A DNA stretch of 64,000 nucleotides from Sphagnum compactum (lineage: Eukaryota): positions 5,084,001 to 5,148,000 of the forward strand of contig OZ234494.1 in the NCBI GenBank assembly GCA_965153455.1, read 5' to 3'. Of this stretch, positions 1-13,815 are shown piece by piece. The position numbers and the translations under genes were made by a program. Under the pieces are notes generated by a model. That model saw only the letters and a list, made by a program, of their open reading frames with translations. It was not told the DNA's origin and searched no databases. Each line of letters starts with the position of its first letter. The first letter of the stretch is position 1.

Positions 1-590
1 AAGAGAGAGAATTAGAAGTGGTGAAAGGTATGAAATTAGGTTTAAATTACACCAAACCCCCCCCCCCCCCCTTTGACTGTGTCAGTGAACCAGTACCGTG
101 CGATTCGTGGGGGACGCATCTGGGTCCTGTATTGATTTCAGGACAAAAGAGAAATTCGTCGACAGGCGTGTGTCACGACAACGAAATGGAGGAGCTTTTT
201 GCGGGCGTGCCTGCGTCCATGCTTGTGAAATGTGAACGGGGCTATTAACTATCGGGATCTTACATGTGGCGACAAATGTTCGCCGGATACGACGCATCGT
301 GGCCGCCCATGCAAAACCCAGAGGATAAGAGGAGGAGGTGGATAAGACGCCGCCGGGCCGTCGTGTAAAAAGGTATTTTTAGCCTGGGCTGGGTTGTTGT
401 CGTCACTCACTCCATGTTGCCACCACTAGTGGCACCGTCCGATCAAGATACCGGCTGATCGTAACCGTCAGAGCCGACACAAGTCAGACCCGTGCACACG
501 TGGGCCCAATGGGAACCACATCTGCTCTTAGCCCTATCTCTGCCGTCGGATCTCTGCCACATCTAAATCACCACCCCTCACATTCTCAAC

Positions 591-876
591 CGGGGTTTCT
601 TCCTTTTAATGATTTTGTGATGTAGTCAAAGTGGCGATTATCCAGAAAATAATTTAGCCAACTTTGGCAAAATACTATATGTATATTATGAAAGTAGGAA
701 AAAAACCAGAATCTGTCTATATTCTTTGGCTACCTACTGGAACTTGTCATGAAAATAAGACTATTTTCAATTGGAGAATTTGGGTCAATTTTTTCCATGA
801 AAAATCCTTTGGATAGGTATAAATCATATTTTTCAGGTCAAAATTTGGCGAAAATTCGCCACTACAAGAAGCACTA
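591..876 (+). repeat. Dispersed MITE-like repeat, family A
   Basis: Core TTTTGTGATGTAG..AAAGTGGCGAT.ATCCA...TTTAGCCAA.TTTGG and end GGCGAAAATTCGCC are shared with other copies in the window. Confidence 0.55.
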
Positions 877-3800
877 CTCTTGGTGTACTCATTTGCTGTA
901 AAAATAAAATTTTAAATTTAATTTTTCTCCATTCCCAGTGTTCCCAAATAAATAAGTGCTTTAAATTCCCAAAAACCCGAAAATCCATTTAAATTATTTC
1001 TAGATATTACAAATATGCCAGGCTTAGACTAAACCACGGTCTCTGAGTTAAGTTCTTCAGGGACCCTGGTCCACTACTACCCCTTCATATTCCACATGCA
1101 GTTGTGGGTTTAGGGTTAAGTGGACTGGCCACACAAGGGTCGAATAGCCATTGTCACATGGCCTGATATTTGGAAGGTTCGATGACATCCTCTCAACTAA
1201 AACAAAGTAGAACACAAAACACATATATTAGGATTTTTATCACAAAGTATAAAAATAGGACATTTCATTTACGTTAGGTTGTCATTCATGGATGAAATTC
1301 ATCCATCATCATTTCAAGCTTTTCACAAATAAAGTTTATCCATATTTTGTTATTTGAACCATATTGAATGATGTTTATGATCATTCACATTTCATCCAAT
1401 GAATAAAATTCATCCATTATCCATCTTTTTCATCCATTATTATAATTTTTTCATCCATAATAGTATTAAGAAAAGTGTTTGAGAATATTTTTTGGATCGT
1501 GGGTCATACATATGTAAGTTTCATTGAGCTAACTCGAACAAGAACAAAGTGAGGTTGCCCTCTCATTACCTTTCAATTTGTTCATCATTAGTTTGATATA
1601 CAACTTTGCGATTTACCCTCATTCTTTTTATGTCATGTTTTCAATATTTTCATGCTACAAATAAGATTAGGAAAAATCATGAGACAACATCAATCAAGAT
1701 GACAATGAGCAACAAGCTTTTCTTCAAATAGGATTGACAACTTTGTGATTCTTTCCTCTAAATTTCACAAGACCCTATCATAGGCTATGGGCATCTATTG
1801 AAACACATTGTAGGATAGAGTTTAGTTCCACCACAACTTGAATTGATTTGTGTGTTGTGCAAACAACCTCCACAAACCTTGGAGACCAAAATGGGGGATA
1901 ATAAAAAATGGTGTTCCCAAATTTTGGGGGGTCTATGTTGCTATGGTTGCTTTGAATGAGTCCAACACACATGTAAAAGACACAATTGAAAAATAATTAA
2001 TATGCAAGACCAAACACCCTCATCAACAATTGTTTACCTTTAATTAAGCCCATTGTCTACTAAGGTCTCTTATCATCTAAGATTAGAAAAAATATTTTTA
2101 AAATAATGATTTATAAATTAACATAATTGTTATAAAAAACTCTTATGACCCAATAAGATGTTGGTTATATTATTATGTAATTGTGTTTTCTTTTCCATAA
2201 AAATGTCATTTTCAAATCATTTCAAATCCTTTTAAATCATTTTTATCAATGAAAAAAATAACAATATCTAAAAAATCATTTTGGGTATTCCATACTCATT
2301 AGATCCATTTCAAGTTTACCCAAATGTTCCCATAATAAATTGAGGATATTTTGTTCAAGCTCATTAAAGAAATTCAACATCAACTTAATTTAACACTTAA
2401 CACAATGAAAAAGTAAACAATAATTACAATTGTAATGACTCAATATACCCCATTTGGACCTTGTAAAATTATTCCTTTGTCTTAGTACTCATAACTAAGG
2501 TCATGAAATGTAAATATTTTCAATAAAAATTACATAACATATCAATTGAATATAATTGCCAATTAAAAGGTCAACTTAAAATTTAAACTAAATATTATAA
2601 ATAAATGATCAATTGAGGTCTTAGTCACAAATGTTTTTTACTTGACATCTTTTTCATTTTTTGAATAATTTTATGTGATATTTTTTTTCCTATTTAGGCC
2701 GAACATTTATTACTAACACAAATTAGCAAAACATGTTCAAATTCCAATGATGACTAATCGAAATTGGTATATGGGGGATTTTTTCAAGTCATTTGTATGG
2801 TTGTTCATGAACAATGAAGACAATTTCAGAAATAACTACTTCATTTTCAAACGTAACTACTTCATTTTTTTTGTTAACTTTCATAATAACTATCTCCCAC
2901 CTTTCTTAATAACTACATCCATTTTTATAACTATTTCATTTATTTTTCCTATCCACCAACATGGATATAAAAATAAAATCAACATGTGTTCTTACATGTC
3001 CATGAAATGTATATTAATTTAAATTAAATGACATTGACATAATTATATGAAAACATAAGAAAAAATTAAATTAGCTGATTGTCACTAGTAGTGCACAACA
3101 CTATGGAGCTCAAATGTAAATAAACACAAATTTTCAAAATGACAAATGGAAGTTCAATCAACAAATGCAAGACAATCATCTTTGGGGTCCTATATATTTG
3201 AATTGGGACCATTGTTAACACCATCTTCCAACAATGAAATTAGGTTAAAATTGTTAAGATAAATCATGTGCCCCAATATTCCACCTAATGCTCAAAAAAT
3301 GGCAATTAAAACAATGTACTTTTAAACCATGTGCTTTTATTTACATGAAAATTTCCTATAAATATCATTTGTGCCCTTTTAGATTGAAGTTGAACATGAT
3401 GATGTCATGAATGATACATTGTGCAAAACCCTAGCCCATAACATACAATCCAAAATTATGTAAAATTATCAAAAATGTTTTTCAATCGAAGTCATAAGAA
3501 TTACCATTTGTATAAATAAGTATTCCACATGATTCTTGATTCCCCAAAATGAAAGCAAGATTTTATTGCCTTGTTTAAAAAATGAAATCAATAGATGGAT
3601 TACAAATCCAAATGAACATTTTGGAATGTTCAAGGGCACCAAAAAACTCCTTGCACAACACATGGGATTGTTGTTTGGACATATGCATTGGTTTGTAAGT
3701 TGGTAATCCCCTCACATGTGTAACTCAATCCAAGTTTTGAAAAGCTTTTTACTAGCATAAATGTTGTTAATATATATTTGTATAATCACCTTTCAATAGT

Positions 3801-4809
3801 TCAACTAAACCTACCTCCCAAATTGGGTGCTCTTTGATGAAATCTACACAAGTTTATGTCATTCACTTATAAGATTGATGAAAAATTAAGAGACTATCAT
3901 ACGAATCAATAAAACCATTGTTCATTTTCAATTTGCCTAAATCGTACAAACTAAATGTGAAACAATGTTAATAATTTCAAAAGTTGATTCACCTTGTGCA
4001 CTTCACACAGAATTTATGTTGACACATTTTGTAATTCTCATTGTGTAAATGGATTGCAAAAAATTCCAAGAAATGATTCAAAATAACATATAGTTGCAAC
4101 ATAAAGTTTTTTCAAGTGTGGCAAATTAGTTACATGGTGTTTTCATATGTGCAAAATTTGACCTTTTTCCATAGAAATGTATGTGCATTGGTGAACATTT
4201 CAAACATTGTGTACAAAATGTGACAACAATAATTTTTTGCAATCCACTTTTGTTGTTAAAAATGGAAGGCATGGGGAAAGATTGAACCTCAATTCTCTTG
4301 AATCCTACCCATGCAACCCAAGTCAAATCTACACAAAAAAAACCCATTATAACTTTATTTACATTCCCGCATTAGTTCAAACATACAATCAAAAAACCAA
4401 TCAACAAGCAATGTGAATATCAACTTGAAACAAAAAAACTAGCAAGCATACATTCAAAAAACCAATCAACTTGAGCAAGGTGCATATTCACTTGAAACAA
4501 AAACTCAACAAACATATAATAAAAAAACCAATAAACTTGAAACATAAAACAAGCAAGCAAGTAGACATGCATAAGGTACTTATAGAACTTGTAAATATAT
4601 ACATCCAAATCATACAAAAAATATAGCAAAGGAATCAAGGTGAAAAGAATGTAGTTACAAATTGCAAATCAAAACTTGGTTTCATTGCTTGCCTAACAAC
4701 ATGTATACAAACTATAACTTGAGTTCAAAAAAATGTGCAAAAAATTCAAGTATGTAACACAAAAATTCTAGAATATACTAAGAATGCACTATATACCTCT
4801 ACTTCCTAT

Positions 4810-5060
4810 CTTGTTAATCCTCAATTACATCTCCAAATGGAAAAATATTCATGGAATAGTGATCCTTAACAAACACTTTGACAACCAATTCAAGATTATA
4901 TGTCAACCAATTTTTGAATTTGGATTTCATAAAATACAAGGTTGAGAAATAACACTTGTTTTTTACACTACCCAATACCATCACCACAAAAATCTCCACC
5001 AACTTGAAATCAAGCAAGTGTTATTGTAACACACCATTGGACACCTAAAAGAAATTTGGA
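4810..5060 (-). pseudogene. hAT transposase C-terminal (dimerization-like) remnant
   Basis: KLVEIFVVMVLGSVKNKCYFSTLYFMKSKFKNWLTYNLELVV is homologous to the segment at 45280-45564. Confidence 0.62.
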
Positions 5061-5394
5061 AATGGTTTAGGGTTGGAGATGGTACCACTATTACCTAGAT
5101 GGTAAGCAATTATAACACACCACTGAATTTTAGTTGTAATGGACAATTACAATTACAAAATTTTCTGATTGCCTAAGATAAGTGCCATCAAACAACCATA
5201 AAAAAAGACACCATGTGGCATTGAAGTTGCATTAGCAATTACAAACCCTTGCAACTACAATCCATTTTCACATCCACTACCATGGATGAACATGAATATG
5301 ACATGGACCCCATGTAGCCTACATGGAATTTGACTTTGCGAATATATTTGTGATTACATTTGTGACTAGCTTATGTCCATAGTCACATGATGCC

Positions 5395-5945
5395 AAATAT
5401 CCTAGCTACCTAGACTAATTTAGTTACCTAACTACTTAGGTAAAATGATAAGTTGGTAAATATCAGGTGTTTCTCCTAGCCTACTTACCCTGACCTACTA
5501 GGCCTATTTACCTAGCCAAGGTTATCCTACCTTACCTAATTTAAGCTAGCTCCTAAGGTATAAGTTTAAAGATTTGAACTTTTCACCTCCATGGTTAAAG
5601 ACTAGATTATCCTACCTACCTAGCCTAGGTTATCCTACCTACCTAGCTTAGGTTATCCCACTTTAAGTAAATTACATGTGTATGTAAATGGCCACCTAAC
5701 CCAAGTAGATGCATACCTACCTACCTACCATTTGATGTCTACTTACATACCTACCTAGGTAAATGGCCTACTTAACCTAGGTAGATGGCCTAGTTATTTA
5801 CCTACCTACCTAGATAAATGGCCTACCTACTTATAGTTTGTACCTCCCTACATACCTATCTACATACACACTTGCCCACCTACCTACTTAAGTACATGAC
5901 TTACCATAGGTAGATGGTTTATTTATTTAGGTAAAAAATTAATAG
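5395..5945. repeat. Low-complexity CCTA/CCTAG-rich degenerate repeat (also at about 6630-6770)
   Basis: Numerous CCTACCTA and CCTAGGT units. Confidence 0.65.
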
Positions 5946-7169
5946 GTGCCTATTGTAGCTTACCCTAATTAGGTGTATATGCAAATTAGGGTGGACCACT
6001 ATTTCCATAACACCCCAATTTATTTTGCACCCTTATGGATTACACTATATCCCAAGTCAAATGTTTTTTGAAATTTATGAAAAGGGACTTAGATATATGA
6101 TTCTTATGTAACTAGTTGAGTGCAATCTTTTAATTATTTGAAAATTATTTTTTACACCAAACATGGGGGACTTTTGTGCATGCATGACCTCCATCATAAC
6201 AATACATAAAGAACTTGTAAATGGATTCATTGTGATCATAGTTTGTAACGATGAGTCCATTTATTAGTCCTCAATAATCATAAATGTTATAATCAATTCA
6301 AAAATGTACTTTTAAAACCACTTCAAGATCCATTGAAACTTTGGGGGGACTTTTAAACACGCTATAATTGAAGGAAAAATTACAAAGTCCTTCAAACATG
6401 AATTTTGTGAAATTTTAATATATTTTTCCACAAACATTGTATCTTCAAATATATATTGAAGAGAGTTACTAATAATAATCTTTTTTGAAAAAAATTATTT
6501 TTTTAAGCCTCAAACATCAAGATTCAACAATGTCATAACATTGTCACAATCAAATACACTCCAAAAACATGTTTTCAGGGAAAAAAATTGTGCCACTTTT
6601 GGTCCATTTTAGTTTGCACATCCCTATCTTAACCTACTAGGGCTACTTAACCAGCCTAGCCTCCTAGCCTACCAAAGCCTACCTAACATAACCTATTTCA
6701 TCTACCTAGTCTAGTTGAGCCTATCTAGCCAATTTACTAGATGTAATAATAACATTTTCTAACCTCCCTATTAACCAATAATTGAAATTATACACTTTGA
6801 ATTGCAATAACAAATTAAATGTTATGTGTCATTTAATGATTTATGTATAATTGCAAATACATTTGCAAAAGCAACTTGGGTGTTAACCATCAATGAATGC
6901 CACCAATAATGAATGACATCAATTTTTCATCTAAACATATGGTAATCACAAATTGTAGTTGCATGTATGATTAAAATTTGGATTTCTCATAATGTAATCA
7001 TATATGTGATTACAAGCATTTGCGACTATGGTGACATGTAGGACTATTACAAGTGTATTTGCAAAATGAGTTGATTTGGACACTAATCACACACTAATCA
7101 TAAACATATAAGGTCAAAATGAACAAGATTTCTTCTAGTGGGAAGAGAGATTGGATCACATCTTGGGCA

Positions 7170-8330
7170 TGAGATGAGAGCTCAAAGGAAGCTCCAAAGC
7201 TTGTTTACAATTTGCTTGCATGGTCACCTTGAAAAAAACCAACTTCCATGTCAAACTTTTGCTCATTTAACAAGGTAGGTACTTTCAAGCCTTTATCACC
7301 AAACTCCTTTTCAAAACAATTTTGTGTTTTCTGCAAAGCTAAATGGGCAAAGCATTAGTGTTCAACTAATACTAAGGATATATGATTGTATCTTTTTTAG
7401 CAAAAGGGTTTCAAAGGGACAATAGTCTTTAATCTCAAACAAACACATTGGCTTGTTCAATTTCATTTGGACCCATTGGTCAAGTTGTTAGTTGTGCCAT
7501 CACCAACCAACCTTTTCAAATTCAACAAAATTAGTATGCACTTGAAGACATCCACAAGGTAAAGCACGAATGCTAACCCAAAAGATTGATTATTGATCAT
7601 CGTCACCTCATCATACTTAATAAAAAGGTACCTTGCTACATGAACTACAACTTTAGTTGTGACGAGCACCATGTGATGTAAATATTTTATAATCTCCCAT
7701 CCAACATTATATCAATCAATTGTTTTTTTGGGGTGTTCTTCACCTTCAAGAATTTAAACAACAATTTAATGGTCTCAACATTAGTGAAAGGACAACCTTG
7801 TTGCAAAAGCCAAAAAACATAAACAAATTGCAAAAATTTCTTTTTATTCTCTAACTACATCCCCCATAATTACCAAGTCTACCATTGCATTTTTTCCCCT
7901 ATTGGAGAAGAGACATTCATTTTTTGCATGTTGTGATTTTGTAAACATATAATATTACCCCATGTTGTAATTATGTCTTGCAACCTTGCATTTGCATTTC
8001 CCAACATGTTTTTGGAGGTTGTTGAATTTGTGAACCAAAAGTTTTTCTCTATCTTCAATCTACATGCAATCACAACATTTCACCATATGCACCTACCCAT
8101 TAGAATCAACCACAACTTCCACCCATGGAAGCATTGTTGCCTAAACATCTTGAAACATTTAGTTTATTTCCTATTCCCTTAACCTTCTTTTTCTTCTTTA
8201 GTGGGTAAAATTTCGATTTCAATGATGGGTCTGAATTCAAAATGTGAGTTGCAACACAACAAACATAAATAGTTACAACAACTTTGACTATAGTGCAAAC
8301 ACATTTGTTGTAAACATGACAAATGAAGGA
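7170..8330 (-). pseudogene. hAT transposase N-terminal/core remnant, probably the same element as 4810-5060
   Basis: DEVTMINNQS...ILILLNLKRLVGDGTTNNLT (catalytic-D region) and CRLKIEKNFW...ARLQDII are heavily degraded. Confidence 0.5.
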
Positions 8331-9193
8331 CCTTGGTTCAATGAAACAACATCACAATGTTCTAGACCCTTGCCAAATGAATAAATAAATAAATAAAATT
8401 TAAAGCCATTCGAGAGTTACAAAGGTGCCATGGTGCATACACTCAAGAATTGATGAGGAACAAATAAGCAAAAGAGCTTGATACTTACAAAGCAAACAAC
8501 AAAGCTATTGAGATTTATGAAATGTAAAGACTAGGAAGTTATCAATGAGCTTTCCATGCATGTAAATGTTGCAAATATACAAAAACTTGAAAGGGCATCA
8601 TGATTGCATGAAATTATCTTGACAATTGCTTTTCCATTGCATTGATAGTTGCATGGAAATGCACCAAGAAATATACCTCAAGTTGCAAGAAATATCATCA
8701 AAACAAAGTCCATAGCCACAAAGTTTTACAAAAAAATGAACCTCAAAAACACCATATCAAAGTCCATAGCCACAAAGTTCTAAAAAAAAAACAAACCTCA
8801 AAAAATCATATCTTTAGAATTCAAGAAACTCTAAGCTCTAACATGTCCTTTGGTGGCAACTTAAAATTTTAAAAGCTCATGAATGAGGCAACAACCTTAA
8901 GTCACAACTTTGATATGCATAAAGGTGATGGAATTTTTTAGTTGAAGGAAAAACTAGTTAGTTTGTTGTGAGCTTTATTGAAAGGCAATGATGGTGTTAT
9001 GAGATACATCAAATGCCCCTAATAGCAAGTAACTTCTTTGTCACATCCATTTTTCAACTAACCCTAAAGCATCACTCTAAGATATTGACAAAATCATCAC
9101 TCCTTTTAAATGTTTAAACAAGGTAGGTCACATCCCCTTGTGAAAGGTGGCAAACAAGCGAAATTTGGCTAGTAATAAAAACAATGGTTAGGA

Positions 9194-9490
9194 GAGTGTT
9201 TTTTTTCCAATTTTGTGAGATAGGTGGGCTGATGATCATTTACAAGAGGGCCTAGGCAAAGTTGGCTACAAGTCAAAGCCCTAAGTCAAAAAAAAATTAG
9301 GAATCCCACTATGTTCAAGCCATAAGCTAGAGGCCAATGTCTAAATATGGGGACTTGAGGACTTTCTACCTCGAAATATGATGACTTTGGTCAAAATTAT
9401 CCCAAAAAATCCTTTGAGAGCCTTCCTAGCCCCTTTATTTTGTCACCAAGTGGTGAAATTTCACCCAAAAAGAAAAAAAAAACACCCGAG
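9194..9490 (+). repeat. Dispersed MITE-like repeat, family A
   Basis: TTTTGTGAGATAGGTGGGCTGATGATCAT...GCAAAGTTGGCTAC...GTGGTGAAATTTCACC. Confidence 0.5.
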
Positions 9491-9979
9491 GAGATTATGT
9501 TACAACTTACTAGACCTACTTTCAAGGCATTGGAGCTTATTAGGTACACATTATTATGTAGAAGCCACTTGTTTTTCCATTGATTCTAATTTTGGACACT
9601 TGGGCAAGTTGGAACAAGTGTATTGTTAAGGGCTCCTTTTTATCTTTTGCTTTTAAGGCTTCCTTCTTTACCCTTTTTAACTTCCTTTCTCCTATATTAC
9701 GCCACCCTTTAAAGTCTTATTCTCCAAAAAGAAAAAGAAAAAAAGAAAAGAAAAAAAGTCTCTTTTTCACCATATTTCTTCTTGGGATAATATGGGAAAT
9801 TCAACAAAATGATAATGCATTCCAACAGCCCATGGGGGTCTGGGCTAAGGTCTTGAATCTAAAGTTCACTCAAAACCATGGTTGTTAATGTTTGAGTGAT
9901 TGTGCATGTGAATGCATTGTGGTCTTTCTTTCATTTTTTTCAGGAATAAAACAGATGTTGGCCATCCATCATTCACAGC

Positions 9980-10250
9980 CAGTGTTTCTTTTCTTTTTGG
10001 CTAATTCTTGACTTGGCCACAAAAGGACATTCAGGTGTGGACTCATACAAAGGATTCTTGTGAACAACAAGCGCCAAAGTCACCAAATTTCAAGGAAATT
10101 TTTCTTTTCTGAAGGTTGCCAAAACACAGTAGCATTCTTAAAAAAATTCTACTTTCCTCTTGACCTGTATAGTTCAATTTGGCTAATTTCTCTTGTGGAT
10201 GATCACCAGTGTCGTTGCTTAATCACAAAATTGCTCAAAAAATTAAAAAA
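9980..10250 (-). repeat. Dispersed MITE-like repeat, family A (reverse orientation)
   Basis: CAGTGTTT start, then TTTGGCTAATTTCTCTTGTGGATGATCACC...ATCACAAAATT. Confidence 0.5.
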
Positions 10251-12173
10251 CCTTTGTACACAGCTGGTTCATGTGAAAATCATGTGTTGATGTCAAATTC
10301 AAAGTCACATATTTCAAACATCCTGTTTCAACTTCAACAACTGTAGTCATTACAACCAAAAAAATGGGCAAATTTGACCCATCTGATTTAATGATACATC
10401 AATAAATCCCAATAGCCTATGTGTCCCTTGTAAATAACATATCAAACCCTAAAACAGATCATCGACTCATAGGTGATTTCAGTGTCATCAGTATGTGTGA
10501 GTCATACTCTATACATGATGATCCCTCTTCGAAGAAAACAGGAAATCTGCATCATTCCTAAGGGGGTCCAGTAATACTACCAAAACACCAATAGATTGGG
10601 GGACAAAAAACCATTTTGTAAGAGCTCCTTTGTGACCTTTACACCAATCAAATCCCACCAGAAGTACATTTGCCATTGTATGCAATACATATTGGTTATT
10701 GGCAAAACCCACATGCACAATTTTGCTAGTTTTGCTATCAGATCCCACTCAACAGCTCCAACTACTTAGCTTGGACCTCCTGTAACATCACCTTGTATAC
10801 AATCTCACAGGTCAAGATCTTGACCCAGAACAAACAGTTCACCCACAAAAACCTGAAAGAAAATCATCACAGAATCTGAAGATTTTGTCATACAATTACA
10901 ATGCGAATGTGACAACCTCCCTGCTTCGACCAATTATCACCAGCCCAACTCCACCTAACCAATGTCATTATGGTGAGGTACATACACCATTCCCACATGG
11001 ACTAAATTGTAAAACTTGCAGACTGTTGGAAACACTTGCCCACATTCATAGATAAAAGACAATTAGCACATTGCAAAACCAAAGGTAGCATTATGAATAG
11101 CGCAACTACAGTAAATGGATGCAGAGTCCTACCTAACTATTCAATTTAGCTAAAAGAGCAGTTAAAAGACTAAGGGTTCAGTAGTAAGTAACATAAATAT
11201 CTTGTTCAGCTCTGGCAGGGTGCACTGTTGAGGGTTGGTAGCTCTGCTCAGTGCCTATGTAAAGGATATTTTGCAGTCTTGTCAAATCCATGGACCAAAC
11301 TGTGTTTTTGAAAACATCTTCATTGCTTCTGGAACACAGCTAAGAGCTCTGAAAGGTCAAAAAAACAAAATGACAATGGATCACAGTAATCAGGCAGCGA
11401 GGATTCCTGTACTCAAATAGGTGATATTGAGTTATTTAATGGACAAGGATCAAACTGTTATTGCCCTCTTAAGTTAGAGAAGGGGGCAATAACAGTGGTT
11501 CATTGGCTAGACCAACAGACAAATACACTTAGCATCCACCTGTCATGCAGAATACACTATGTCAAATGTTGCAGAGAACATTGCTCAATGACCCAGGAAA
11601 CTAGTTGGCAAGACAGAAATCAATCTGCCTCACATGCCTTCCAGCTTGTTATGGGTGTTTCCCTGTACAGCCACAGCCAAGTGCTACAAATTGCTCTGAC
11701 ATATTTTTCTTGGCACTGCTGTACAACCACATACATAAACCAACCTCAAAAGCTCTCATACATTATCTTGGAAAAAAGGTTGTGATACACATTGTGCACT
11801 CTGCGTGGAGGCGAATACAAGCTTTAGATCTAAGGGATAATTGCAGATATCTGACAATTCTAGACCCATATGATTGAGTAAGTATGCAGTAGTGTTGGTT
11901 TAAGAAAATGTGCTGGACCTTACCTCCATTAGCATACCAAAAAGTCTGTGCAAATACCTTATGCATCTGTGCAAGCTGCTGATCTGATAGCAGTGCCCTC
12001 AACAGTAGTCCGGGGGGGCATTTCCATTCTCACACAAACTGGACACACAAACCCTCCATAAAAAGATACAAAAAACAAACTGAAGAAAACTGGGGTGATA
12101 AAACCAGTATGGTGTGGATGGATTCACTTTTGCTAGTTTTGCAACATTCACAAAACAAAATTCATGGTATGGT

Positions 12174-13815
12174 TCACAAGGCCAGAGATGAATCCTCCAC
12201 TTGTAACCTAGGCCCATTATCTGGATGACCCATACCTGCTGCAACCTCTGCATCAATCTGATTGTGTGGGGCAGCACCCTCCATTATTTTCACCCTGAAC
12301 ACTCCCACCAAAATGATAGAACTTCAATAAATTTTTTTTTAATTACCAGTAAATTGAGTAAAGCATGCAAATTAACGCAGACAAGAAAAATTCCTCATAA
12401 ACCTTGAATCTGAGGACACAAGAAGGCACCATTGCAAAAAGGTTGGTACTAAGGAAAAAGTAACATCCACATGAATAACTACTGCAGCCACAAGAAACAG
12501 CAAGGTCAGAATGCTAGTTCTAACTACACAATCAAGTGCTTGGAGTTCAAACGCTTAGACATCAATGCCAAGTTCCCCTCCCATGATGAAAAACGCAAGA
12601 ACAGGGGCAGATGCCTAGACACACCTTTTCTTGTGCTTCTTTGTCTTGTAGTGATCATCCCGAACAGAGGCATTGTTGAAGTAGCGACTGGCAATCAACC
12701 CAACATAGTCAGAGACCACTTGAGTTCTTGCCTAGGCTTTGGATCTATGCTAACAAAGATTAATCATCAATGCAATATCCATAAATCGAATGTCAAATAT
12801 TTCCACACCTCTCGACACAAAGCATCTGTTGTCACATTGGACAATGTATAAGAAGTGAGACTTACTCGCAATGTAGGCAATAAAATTGCCCCAAGCCGGG
12901 AAGATCAGAATTGGGTTCTTGTGTCTTTGGTACATCAACTTTGCGAAGCTCTGCATGGATCAAATCATCTCGTGCACTTATGGTGTCAAGGTTAATAGTA
13001 CAGCACAATGTGAAATAAGAGATCAAGTAAGATGTTCCACTGAAACCAATCCCTAGGCTCTTAGTTGGCAAGGGTTTAGCAACACTTAGTAACATAAGAC
13101 ACTCATAAAATAAATTCATAGTACTGAGAACTACTCCATAGATCTAAGTCGACCTTAAAAAAGAGAGAGATGACCCAGTTACAGATTTTTCAAATCTCAC
13201 AACACAACAGCAACCAATCACCAAGCATGAAAAAGAGGAAATCTAGCCTATAGAAAAGAGAAACAAGACCAAAACATAACTAATAACCCATAATTGCAAT
13301 AAAGACTAACATCATGAAAGAGAACTGCACACTGCTGGAGAAGCAAACAGGTATGACATCAAATCAGAAACCCTAACAATAGCAAAGAATGAAATTCAGT
13401 GAAGAACTTTCTGAGCAACACACCACTCCAGTCAGGACTCGCCTTACACAAGTGGAATAGACGCACTGAGAAGGAAACACCCTGGATATCAAACCCTAAC
13501 CCATTCCAAGCACAGAGAACTCAACACAGACGACAAAACGAAAACCCTAATTTTAACCTAAAAAAACCTGAAACGGATAACTTGATCAAGCCATCAGAAA
13601 TTAGAGAAGTGAGGTAGAGCACTTGTGTGAGTAGAATTTCACAACATAGAAGAAGAATAGCCTATATCGGAGGAAGACACAGGGAAACAGGAAAAGGAAA
13701 AAGAAAAAAAGGGTGAGGTGGCAAGGATATCTTTGACGAGAAATTTTGCTCTCCGCGCTGTCTTATGGGAATAATGCTTCCCATGGCTATTCTTATGATT
13801 TGGGCACCTCCCCAT
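12174..13815 (-). CDS. BUD20: BUD20/ZNF593-like C2H2 zinc-finger ribosome-biogenesis protein, 4 exons, 124 aa
   Basis: Exons 13815-13731, 12971-12866, 12687-12625 and 12294-12174 join in frame (375 nt) to MGRCPNHKNSHGKHYSHKTARRAKFLVKGDDLIHAELRKVDVPKTQEPNSDLPGLGQFYCLHCDRYFNNASVRDDHYKTKKHKKRVKIMEGAAPHNQIDAEVAAGMGHPDNGPRLQVEDSSLAL*. DLPGxGQFYCxxCxRYF...HxKTKxHKKR is the BUD20/ZNF593 signature. Introns 2 and 3 are GT-AG; intron 1 is AT-AC. Confidence 0.93.
12972..13730 (-). other. U12-type (minor spliceosome) AT-AC intron, intron 1 of the BUD20-like gene
   Basis: The minus strand begins ATATCCTT at 13730, has branch site CCTTGAC at 12991-12985, and ends in AC at 12972. Removing it restores K-G-D-D-L in frame. 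Confidence 0.9.
13368..13550 (+). promoter_or_regulatory. Three telo-box motifs (AAACCCTAA) inside BUD20 intron 1
   Basis: AAACCCTAA at 13368-13376, 13491-13499 and 13542-13550. Telo-boxes are known cis-elements of plant ribosome-biogenesis genes. Confidence 0.5.

Noticed and set aside
10800-11960. Splice-like signals downstream of the BUD20 stop, suggesting 3' UTR introns or another gene
   Set aside because: No coherent reading frame was found, and it cannot be supported without transcripts.
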